A DNA stretch of 20,707 nucleotides, taken from an uncultured Gemmatimonadota bacterium (lineage in GTDB: Bacteria > SM23-81 > DAOVCL01). Below, piece after piece: positions 7,989 through 15,573 of this stretch (its first letter is position 1; every line of letters starts with the position of its first letter). The notes beneath the pieces were generated by a model. The model was not told where the DNA came from. It worked only from the letters and a program-made list of their open reading frames with translations, and made no database searches. Location: the NCBI GenBank assembly GCA_964626665.1, contig CAZVGK010000041.1, positions 1,487-22,193 of the forward strand, given 5' to 3'. A program made the position numbers and the translations under genes.

Positions 7989-8294
7989 TTATCTCCAAAG
8001 GGAGATGATGAAATATCTGATTTGGGACCAGAGGGAAGCTAACTTCCCTCGCCGCACCCGGCCCTTTTTGGCGGATTTATTTAGAAAAAGGGACTGGGGG
8101 GAGTGGGATGTGCCTCGATCTGGAAGCACAATGGCACTGGTGTCAGGGTTGGTCGAACCATCTTTGTTTTGGTTATAGATGTCATCCCAGGGCTCGGCCT
8201 CATTGTAGTCCACACCCGATCCCGCAGTAGAGAGGGATGTCCCTCCTAATCCCAGCAGAAGGATGGCTGTCGCCAACATTAGTTTTCTCTTCAT
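7989..8294 (-). CDS. Small protein with N-terminal signal peptide, putative secreted pro-peptide
   Basis: MKRK + hydrophobic LMLATAILLLGLGG + SLSTA|G cleavage-like site; RBS AAAAGGA upstream (ATG 8294 or GTG 8297); stop 17 nt before the activator start; directly behind a sigma70 promoter. Confidence 0.75.
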   Translation of the reverse strand: MKRKLMLATAILLLGLGGTSLSTAGSGVDYNEAEPWDDIYNQNKDGSTNPDTSAIVLPDRGTSHSPQSLFLNKSAKKGRVRRGKLASLWSQIRYFIISLWR

Positions 8295-8324
8295 CACACC
8301 GGTCCTTTTAATGATTTCACCTAA

Positions 8325-8353
8325 TTAATAACAAATTTGTTCCCCTTTGTCAA
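8325..8353 (-). promoter_or_regulatory. Sigma70-type promoter for the small protein / activator operon
   Basis: Minus strand TTGACA-N17-TATTAA with TGn extended -10; the spacer holds the perfect palindrome AACAAATTTGTT (8330-8341). Confidence 0.7.
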
Positions 8354-8562
8354 GTCCTTTTTTGGGGTTCACCGGAGAATTCCCCAAAAAATTAACCCCC
8401 TGAGGAATTTCCCATGAGATTTCACTATAGATTGCGGGGGAAGAACCTTTAGGAAGTTGCCTCAAAGTGGCCAAAGGTTTAGGATGGCCCCCTTGCAGTG
8501 CTTGGCCCCTGGCCATACCCACCCCTCTATCTGGTCCTTTCAAAATAGAGCGGGGAAAGTTG

Positions 8563-8591
8563 TTGACAACAATTTACCTATTTGTTATTTT
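8563..8591 (+). promoter_or_regulatory. Sigma70-type promoter for the HNH-trpS operon
   Basis: TTGACA-N17-TATTTT with TGn extended -10, 27 nt before the ATG at 8619. Confidence 0.65.
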
Positions 8592-8618
8592 AAAGCTCTA
8601 AAGGGGGAGTGCTGGCCG

Positions 8619-9122
8619 ATGTTAGAAAGAAGGGTCCTGGTCTTAAACCAAAATTATGAGCCCTTAGGGGTATGCACGGCCAAAAGGGCTATTATACTTA
8701 TCTTCTTAGGTAAGGCGGAAATAGTGGAAGAGGATGGCAAATTCATCCATTCCGTATCCTTGGTCTATCCCCTTCCCAGTGTGGTGAGGCTGATATTCTT
8801 TATCTCCCGTCCTAGCAGGAGAATAATCCTCTCTCGCCGAAACATATTGAAGAGAGATGGATACAGATGCCAGTATTGTGGCAGCGCCAGCAAACCCCTC
8901 ACCGTGGATCATATTATACCCCGCAAATTGGGAGGAAAGGATGTCTGGGAAAACCTTATCTGCGCCTGCACCGATTGCAACAATAGAAAAGGGAATCGCT
9001 CCCCAGAGGAGGCCGGGATGAAACTGCTTAAGACCCCTTCCAGACCGACATATATCACCTATATCCAGCATTTCATCGGTATATCCGATTTGAAATGGAA
9101 ACCATACCTTTTCTTGAGTTAA
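8619..9122 (+). CDS. HNH endonuclease (McrA/COG1403-like)
   Basis: VLVLNQNYEP N-terminus, RD..RCQYCG, TVDHIIP..GG..WENLICAC..CNNRK; start at ATG 8619 after GGGGGAG RBS (ORF-track start 8457 would run through the promoter). Confidence 0.9.
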   Translation: MLERRVLVLNQNYEPLGVCTAKRAIILIFLGKAEIVEEDGKFIHSVSLVYPLPSVVRLIFFISRPSRRIILSRRNILKRDGYRCQYCGSASKPLTVDHIIPRKLGGKDVWENLICACTDCNNRKGNRSPEEAGMKLLKTPSRPTYITYIQHFIGISDLKWKPYLFLS

Positions 9123-9126
9123 TCCA

Positions 9127-10116
9127 ATGAAGAAGAGAAGGATATTAAGTGGGATGAGGCCCACTGGCAGGATGCATCTGGGAAATTATGTGGGGGCATT
9201 GGAGAATTGGGTGAGGCTTCAGGGCGAATACGAGAACTTTCACCTAGTAGCCGATTGGCATGTGCTCACCACTGATTTGAATACAGCCGATATTCACCAG
9301 AATACGGTAGATATGGTCATAGACTGGATCACAGCTGGGATAGACCCCAAGCTCAGCCCCATCTTCATCCAATCTCAGATCAAGGAACACGCGGAGCTCT
9401 TTCTCCTCCTCTCTATGTTGATCACCACCTCCAGGCTGGAGAGAAACCCCGCCCTTAAGGAGCAGGTAAAAGACCTTAACTTAGAGGGGAGAATCTCCTT
9501 TGGCCATCTTGGCTACCCTGTTCTCATGGCCGTCGATATCCTCATCTATAAGGCAGACCTGGTGCCTGTGGGCGAGGATCAGCTCCCTCACATTGAGATA
9601 ACCAGGGAGATAGCCCGACGGTTTAACAGCCTTTACGGGGAGGTCTTCCCCGAGCCTGAGGCCAAGCTTACCAAGTTTGCCAGGCTGCCGGGGGTCGATG
9701 GGAAGAGGATGAGCAAGTCTGTGGGCAACACCATCTTGCTCTCTGATCCCCCGGATAAGATAAGGGAAAAGGTGCTGTCAGCCATCACTGACCCCCAGAA
9801 GATTTACAGGAATGATCCTGGCCACCCCGAAGTCTGCACCATCTTTGTCTACCATCAAAAATTTAATCCAGCCCAAATCCCGGAGATAGAGAGCGGCTGT
9901 CGCAGTGGAGCCCTGGGCTGTGTGGACTGCAAGAGGAATCTGGCCGAGAGGTTAATCGATTTTCTATCCCCCTTCAGGAAGAGGAGAAAGGAGCTGGAGA
10001 GGGATATCTCCCAGGTTGAAAATATCCTTCAGGAGGGGGCTCAGAGGGCAAGGGAGGTGGCCTCAGCAACTATGGTTCAGGTGAGGGAAGCGATGAAGTT
10101 AGGGGTTGTCTCCTGA
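9127..10116 (+). CDS. trpS: Tryptophan--tRNA ligase
   Basis: SGMRPTGRMHLGNY (HIGH), YPVLMAVDIL, VPVGEDQ, RMSKS (KMSKS). Confidence 0.97.
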   Translation: MKKRRILSGMRPTGRMHLGNYVGALENWVRLQGEYENFHLVADWHVLTTDLNTADIHQNTVDMVIDWITAGIDPKLSPIFIQSQIKEHAELFLLLSMLITTSRLERNPALKEQVKDLNLEGRISFGHLGYPVLMAVDILIYKADLVPVGEDQLPHIEITREIARRFNSLYGEVFPEPEAKLTKFARLPGVDGKRMSKSVGNTILLSDPPDKIREKVLSAITDPQKIYRNDPGHPEVCTIFVYHQKFNPAQIPEIESGCRSGALGCVDCKRNLAERLIDFLSPFRKRRKELERDISQVENILQEGAQRAREVASATMVQVREAMKLGVVS

Positions 10117-10826
10117 TGGGTGAGTTGTCCTATCAGGTAAGGCTCGATTCCTTTCAGGGGCCATTGGATCTCCTCCTTCACCTGATAAAGGTGGAGGAGT
10201 TAGACATATACGACATACCCATAGCCAAGATAACCGATCAGTACCTCAACTACATCAAATTTATGAGATCCTTGGACCTGCAAGTGGCCGGTGAGTTCTT
10301 GGTTATGGCTGCTACCCTGCTCAGGATAAAGGCAGAGATGCTTCTTCCTCGACCTCTAGGAGATGATCTCGAGGAGCCTGACCCTCGTCAGGAGCTTACC
10401 GAGATGCTCATAGAGTATAAGAGGTTCAAGGAGCTGGCTGAGCAGCTTAGAGGAATGGAGGGGGAGAGATTTCGCTTCTACCCCAGGGGAGAGGTAGCCT
10501 ATCCACCTGGAGATGATTCCCCCCAGGAGATAAACTCTTTTCTCCTCTGGAGGGCATGCCGGGAGGCTTTGGATAATGCTCCCAAAGCCACCCCCCATAC
10601 TATCTCCCTCGACAAGGTGACCATCAGGGAGAAGATGGACCTCTTGCTCAGAAGCTTAGAGGGAGGAAGGGAGATTAGACTCACCGAACTCCTGCGCCAG
10701 GATCCGCGCAGGATAGCCCTGGTTCTCATCTTCGTGGCCATCCTGGAGCTGGCCAAAAGGAGACAAGTTATCCTCCGGCAGGAGGCCCCTTTTGATGAGA
10801 TACTCATTTGCCCCCTACCGGGATGA
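10116..10826 (+). CDS. scpA: Segregation and condensation protein A
   Basis: FQGPLDLLLHLI...DIYDIPI...EFLVMAATLLRIKAEMLLP; C-terminal FVAILEL. Confidence 0.95.
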   Translation: MGELSYQVRLDSFQGPLDLLLHLIKVEELDIYDIPIAKITDQYLNYIKFMRSLDLQVAGEFLVMAATLLRIKAEMLLPRPLGDDLEEPDPRQELTEMLIEYKRFKELAEQLRGMEGERFRFYPRGEVAYPPGDDSPQEINSFLLWRACREALDNAPKATPHTISLDKVTIREKMDLLLRSLEGGREIRLTELLRQDPRRIALVLIFVAILELAKRRQVILRQEAPFDEILICPLPG

Positions 10827-11404
10827 GGGATGAAGAGCTGCGGCAGGCGATTGAGGCCCTTCTCTTTGTGGCCACCTCTCCCCTCTCCCCTCAGAAGCTA
10901 AGTGACCTAATGGGAGGCATCAAACCTGGGCAGATTCAGAGGATAGTGGAGGGCCTAAACCTAAGTTATCAGAACGAGGGCAGAAGTTTCCGTATCCAGG
11001 AAATCGCGGGCGATTACCAGTTTTTTACCCTCCCCCACTTCTCTCCCTGGGTAGAGAAACTGCTCGCAGAGAGGAAAAGAAGGCTTTCCCCCCAGGCCTT
11101 AGAGACCCTGGCCATCATCGCCTATAGAGGACCCATCAACCGTCCCCGAATTGAGGCCATTAGAGGAGTCAATGCTGACGGCGTCCTCAAGACCCTCCTG
11201 GAGAGGGGTCTCATTCGAATCAAAGGGCGGGGAAATTCTGTGGGGAGACCGCTTCTCTATGGAACATCCAAATCCTTTCTGCAGTATTTTGGCCTGAAAA
11301 GGCTCTCCGATCTTCCCAGATGGAAGGAACTCTCAAACAATGGCCAGCCTAAGGCTGAACAAGTTCCTCTCTCAGATGGGCATAGCTTCCAGGAGGGGAG
11401 CTGA
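10823..11404 (+). CDS. scpB: Segregation and condensation protein B
   Basis: IEALLF, LSPQALETLAIIAYRGP, IEAIRGV, GRPLLYGT..FL.YFGL..LSDLP; ATG 10823 overlaps the scpA stop (ATGA). Confidence 0.95.
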   Translation: MRDEELRQAIEALLFVATSPLSPQKLSDLMGGIKPGQIQRIVEGLNLSYQNEGRSFRIQEIAGDYQFFTLPHFSPWVEKLLAERKRRLSPQALETLAIIAYRGPINRPRIEAIRGVNADGVLKTLLERGLIRIKGRGNSVGRPLLYGTSKSFLQYFGLKRLSDLPRWKELSNNGQPKAEQVPLSDGHSFQEGS

Positions 11405-12095
11405 AATGCTCATTGCCCAGGGAAGGGTGAGGGTGGGGGGGGAGAAGGTCTCCTCCCCAGAGAGAGTGATTGACCCACAGAGGGAGAGGGTCTGGGTTGA
11501 CGGTAGGGAGGTAGAGGGGGATTTTAAACCCACCTATCTCATCCTCAACAAACCAAAAGGGTTCTTGGTTGCCTCCTCCGATCGGTTTGGCCGCCCGACA
11601 ATCTTCGACCTCCTCAAACCAGGGGCTAAAGGGCTCTTCCCTGTGGGGAGGCTCGATTACAACTCCCAGGGCCTCCTTCTCCTGACAAATGATGGGGAAC
11701 TGGCCCACAGGCTCCTCCATCCCAGATGGGGGGTGGAGAAAAGATACTTAGTAGCTATCAGGGAAAGGATAAGGGGAAGGGATCTGGAGCTGATCAGGTC
11801 AGGGGTGAGGTTGGCCGATGGGAGCTGGGCTAAACCGGAGCTACACAGGTCAACCAATTTGCCTCAGGGAGGGAGTTTGGTGGAGATCAGCCTCAGGGAG
11901 GGAAGGAAGAGGGAAATTAGGAGGATGTTTAAAGCGATAGGGTATAGGGTCTTGAGTTTGCAGAGAATCGGCTTCAATGGGCTCAAATTGGGGGGCCTAA
12001 AAGAGGGGAAGTGGCGATGGCTCACTCCTGAGGAGATTCGCAGGTTAAAGAAGGAAGTTGGCCTGAGGGAGGAGATGGTTGATAATCGCCATTGA
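11340..12095 (+). CDS. rluB: rRNA pseudouridine synthase, RluB/RsuA family with S4 domain
   Basis: RLNKFLSQMGIASRR, LNKPKG, catalytic VGRLD, GLLLLTNDGELAHRL.HP, EGRKREIRRM; usual scpB-rluB-cmk order. Confidence 0.88.
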   Translation: MASLRLNKFLSQMGIASRRGAEMLIAQGRVRVGGEKVSSPERVIDPQRERVWVDGREVEGDFKPTYLILNKPKGFLVASSDRFGRPTIFDLLKPGAKGLFPVGRLDYNSQGLLLLTNDGELAHRLLHPRWGVEKRYLVAIRERIRGRDLELIRSGVRLADGSWAKPELHRSTNLPQGGSLVEISLREGRKREIRRMFKAIGYRVLSLQRIGFNGLKLGGLKEGKWRWLTPEEIRRLKKEVGLREEMVDNRH

Positions 12096-12738
12096 TGGCC
12101 CGGCCGCCTCGGGGAAGAGCACAACCGCCCAACTGGTGGCAGAGAGGTTGGGTTATGCCTACTTGGATACAGGAGCTATGTATCGGGCCCTCACCTTAAA
12201 GGCTCTCCGCCAAGGGGTTAATGGGGAGGACGAGGAGCGGCTCTGCCAGTTGGCCTCCTCCTTGCAGCTTAGCTTTTCTCTAAAGGATAGTAGGTTAAAA
12301 GTCATTATGGATGATGAGGAGGTGAGCCAGAAGATAAGGTCCTCTCAGGTAAGCCGCATGGTCTCCCTCGTCTCCCGCCACCCCAAGGTAAGAAGGATAA
12401 TGGTGGACAGACAGAGGAGGTTTGGAGAGAAAGGCAGGGTAGTGGTAGAGGGAAGGGACATTGGCACTGTCGTCTTTCCTCAGGCGGACTTAAAGGTCTA
12501 CCTGGATGCCACCCCCGAGGAGAGGGCCAAGAGGAGAATGGAGGAGCTAAGGATGGGGGGGGGCAACTCCTCCCTCGAGGAGCAGTTGGCTGCAATTGTT
12601 GATAGGGACAGGCTGGATTCCCAACGAGAGGACAGTCCCCTGAGGAAGGCTGAGGATGCGGTTCTCATTGACACCACCCACCTGAGCATTGAGGAAGAGG
12701 GTAAGGCCGTTTTGGACCTGATAAAAAGGAGGGGATGA
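12079..12738 (+). CDS. cmk: Cytidylate kinase
   Basis: IAIDGPAASGKST, LDTGAMYR, EGRDIGTVVFP, RDRLDSQR..SPL; TTG start with GGAGG upstream. Confidence 0.96.
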   Translation: MIIAIDGPAASGKSTTAQLVAERLGYAYLDTGAMYRALTLKALRQGVNGEDEERLCQLASSLQLSFSLKDSRLKVIMDDEEVSQKIRSSQVSRMVSLVSRHPKVRRIMVDRQRRFGEKGRVVVEGRDIGTVVFPQADLKVYLDATPEERAKRRMEELRMGGGNSSLEEQLAAIVDRDRLDSQREDSPLRKAEDAVLIDTTHLSIEEEGKAVLDLIKRRG

Positions 12739-13376
12739 GGACCTACTACTGGTTAAGCCAGCTCTTTCTCAGGTTAGTGCTCTGGGCTGGCTTTGGCCTC
12801 AAGGTGCGGGGGAGGGAGAACATCCCCCGCAAGGGGGGGGTGATCATCGCTGCCAATCACATCTCCTTGGCTGATCCACCATTCATTGGGGCCGTCTGCA
12901 GGAGGGAACCATACTATCTGGCCAAGGAGGAGCTCTTTCATCATAAGGCCCTTGCCGCACTCATCAGGGCTTATCACGCTTATCCCCTGAGAAGAGGGAA
13001 GGTAAGCAGCCAGGCGATAACCTGGGCAATAGGCCTTCTCCGGTCTGGTCATGCCCTCTTACTCTTCCCGGAAGGGAGGAGACAAAAAGGGGGGAGGTTA
13101 GGTAGGGGCAGGCCAGGGGTGGGCTTGATCGCCACCCGCTCCGGGGCCCCGGTCATCCCCTGTCTTATTCAGGACTCGAATCATCTGCGGCAGGCCTTCC
13201 TGCGCAAAAGGAGACTGCTGATTAGCTTCGGCCTACCGTTCCGGGCAGGGATAACCGATTATCAGCTATTTGCCCAAAAGGTCATGGAGAGGATAGGAAA
13301 ATTAAGAGGCTCGTATGAAAGCCCCCCAAGGATCAGTCTTCAGGGGTCAGAGAATAGAAAATCAGGTGAAAATTGA
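12735..13376 (+). CDS. plsC: 1-acyl-sn-glycerol-3-phosphate acyltransferase
   Basis: NHISLADP (HxxxxD), AKEEL, FPEGRR motifs; ATGA overlap with cmk. Confidence 0.88.
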   Translation: MRTYYWLSQLFLRLVLWAGFGLKVRGRENIPRKGGVIIAANHISLADPPFIGAVCRREPYYLAKEELFHHKALAALIRAYHAYPLRRGKVSSQAITWAIGLLRSGHALLLFPEGRRQKGGRLGRGRPGVGLIATRSGAPVIPCLIQDSNHLRQAFLRKRRLLISFGLPFRAGITDYQLFAQKVMERIGKLRGSYESPPRISLQGSENRKSGEN

Positions 13377-13446
13377 AATTGGAAATTATCGAGCCGTCAG
13401 AATCCCTATGCTACCCCAGTCAGTAGTTCCTTTCATTCTTAATTTA

Positions 13447-13618
13447 ACATTTCGGAATTTCTAAGAAATTGCGAAATGTCGGGGGTTGTTTGAAGTCCCG
13501 CACTTATGCATAAGTGCGGGATTCAATCTGGACAGCGGAGCAACCCGAGTCCCGATGCACATCGGGAAGGGGCGAGAGCCCCTATGGGAAGTTAGCGACC
13601 GAAGGGAGCTAAGTTCCA
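13447..13618. repeat. Cluster of palindromes upstream of rpsA
   Basis: Near-perfect palindrome 13447-13479; perfect 26-bp palindrome tcccgcacttatgcataagtgcggga 13496-13521; tcccgatg-ca-catcggga 13550-13567; ggggc-gaga-gcccc hairpin; ttagc...gctaa hairpin. Confidence 0.75.
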
Positions 13619-13690
13619 TTCTTCATTTTACATTCAAGAAAGTTACTGGTCCATAGGGCCAAGTTCACATAGAGAGGGAGGATTAGTTTA

Positions 13691-15571
13691 ATGGAAAAGA
13701 AGGAGGAGGAAAAGAAGGTGGTTAACCTGAAAGGAGGTGAGCAAAAGGCCGCGGATGAGCAAGAGGCCCAGCCAGAGAAGCAAGCAACCCCCAAGAGGAG
13801 GACTAAGGCGGCCTCCCAGGCAAAACCAGCAGGGGCCAAAGCAAAGAAGGAGAAGGTAGAGGAAATCCCACCTGCCCCTGAGCCAGAGGCAAAGCTAGAG
13901 CTCTCCCCCCAGGATTTTGCGGAGCTACTCAAGCTTTACGAAAACAGCCTGGCGGAGATAAAGGAGGGGGAGATCGTCAAGGGGACGGTGCTCAAGGTGG
14001 ACAGAGATGATGTGATAGTTGATGTGGGCTTTAAGTCCGAGGGGATAATTCCTCTGAGTGATTTTGGGAATCGTCCCGAGGTGAAAGTGGGGGATGAAAT
14101 CGAGGTCTTCTTGGAGTCCATAGAGGACCAGGATGGCCAGGTTGTCCTCTCCAAGTCGCGGGCGGATTTCCTCTTGGTTTGGGATCGGATCAGGAAGGCC
14201 TACGAGACAGGCGAGCCCATCGAGGGAAAGGTGAGGAAGAGGGTGAAGGGGGGGATGATAGCCAACCTCTTCGGGGTGGAAGCCTTTCTCCCCGGTTCTC
14301 AGATAGATACCAAACAGGTAAGGGATTTTGACCAATATGTGGGCCAGACCCTACCGTTGAAGGTCATCAAGCTGAACAAGCTGAGGAGGAACATAGTAGT
14401 CTCCCGTCGGGCGATCTTGGAGGAGGAGAGGGCCCAACAGAGGGGAAAGCTGCTCTCCGAGATAGAGGAGGGCCAGGTGAGGAAGGGCGTAGTAAAGAAC
14501 ATCACCGACTTTGGCGCCTTCGTCGACCTCGGAGGATTAGATGGCCTTCTCCACATAACCGATATGTCCTGGGGGAGGATCAGCCACCCTTCTGAACTAC
14601 TGGCCTTAGGGGATGAGATAGAGGTGAAGGTGCTCACCTATGATCGCCAGAAGGATAGGGTCTCCCTGGGCTTAAAACAGCTCACCCCTTACCCCTGGGA
14701 GAATGTGGAGGAGAAATACCCTGTGGATATGAAGGTAAGAGGAAGGGTGGTAAGCATCACCGATTATGGGGCCTTTGTGGAGTTGGAGAAGGGGGTGGAA
14801 GGGTTGATCCATGTCTCCGACATGTCCTGGACAGAGCATATCAGACGTCCCTCCGAGGTCGTGGCCATTGGGGATATAGTTGAGGCGGTTGTGCTCAGCG
14901 TGGACGGGAAGAACGAGAAAATTGCCTTGGGACTTAAGCAGGTGGAGCCCGATCCCTGGCTGACCCTTCCCCAGAGACACCCCGTAGGATCGAAGCTGGT
15001 GGGGAGGGTAAGGAACCTCACCTCATTTGGGGCCTTCGTGGAGGTGGAGGAGGGGATAGATGGCTTGGTCCACATCTCCGATATGTCCTGGACAAAGAGG
15101 GTACAACACCCCTCTGAGGTGATGAAGAAGGGGGAGAAGGTAGAGGTGGTTGTCTTGGACATCGACCAGGAGAACCGCCGGGCCTCCTTAGGCTACAAGC
15201 AGGCCCAGGATAACCCCTGGCCAGAGCTTGCCGGGAAGTATGCCAAAAACGTGGAGACAAAGGGGGTAATAACCAGGATCTACGAGAGGGGGGTGGTGGT
15301 CAACCTGCCTGGGGATGTGGAGGGGTTTGTCCCCTTAGCCCATTTGGGGAAACCGGGGATTAAGAGGCCCTCGGAGGCATTTAAGCTCAAGGATGAGCTC
15401 CCCCTACGGGTGGTGGAGTTCGATGCTGAGGAGAGAAAGATTATCCTCTCCGTAAGGGAGTATTTCGAGGGCAAAGAGAAGGATCTGTTGGATAAATACC
15501 TTGCCCAACATCCCTCCAAAACCGTGAAGATGAAGGATGTTGTGGAGATACCTCCAGCCAAGGAGGATTGA
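13691..15571 (+). CDS. rpsA: 30S ribosomal protein S1 with charged N-terminal extension
   Basis: Six S1 repeats (DVGFKSEG, AFLPGSQ, NITDFGAFVDLGGLDGLLHITDMSW, etc.); GGAGG RBS. Confidence 0.97.
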   Translation: MEKKEEEKKVVNLKGGEQKAADEQEAQPEKQATPKRRTKAASQAKPAGAKAKKEKVEEIPPAPEPEAKLELSPQDFAELLKLYENSLAEIKEGEIVKGTVLKVDRDDVIVDVGFKSEGIIPLSDFGNRPEVKVGDEIEVFLESIEDQDGQVVLSKSRADFLLVWDRIRKAYETGEPIEGKVRKRVKGGMIANLFGVEAFLPGSQIDTKQVRDFDQYVGQTLPLKVIKLNKLRRNIVVSRRAILEEERAQQRGKLLSEIEEGQVRKGVVKNITDFGAFVDLGGLDGLLHITDMSWGRISHPSELLALGDEIEVKVLTYDRQKDRVSLGLKQLTPYPWENVEEKYPVDMKVRGRVVSITDYGAFVELEKGVEGLIHVSDMSWTEHIRRPSEVVAIGDIVEAVVLSVDGKNEKIALGLKQVEPDPWLTLPQRHPVGSKLVGRVRNLTSFGAFVEVEEGIDGLVHISDMSWTKRVQHPSEVMKKGEKVEVVVLDIDQENRRASLGYKQAQDNPWPELAGKYAKNVETKGVITRIYERGVVVNLPGDVEGFVPLAHLGKPGIKRPSEAFKLKDELPLRVVEFDAEERKIILSVREYFEGKEKDLLDKYLAQHPSKTVKMKDVVEIPPAKED

Positions 15572-15573
15572 TT

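Noticed and set aside
7989-8294. Small protein as RiPP precursor for the radical SAM/SPASM enzymes
   Set aside because: It is over 6 kb away on the other strand, has a Sec-type signal rather than a RiPP leader, and is coupled to the activator gene.
8457-8618. ORF-track N-terminal extension of the HNH gene and the antisense 8325..8543 ORF
   Set aside because: Both cross promoter sequences, lack an RBS and show no protein-like features.
11340-11404. 65-nt scpB/rluB overlap as a programmed frameshift or fusion
   Set aside because: Both proteins are complete; the overlap is only a non-conserved ScpB tail and no slippery site is evident.
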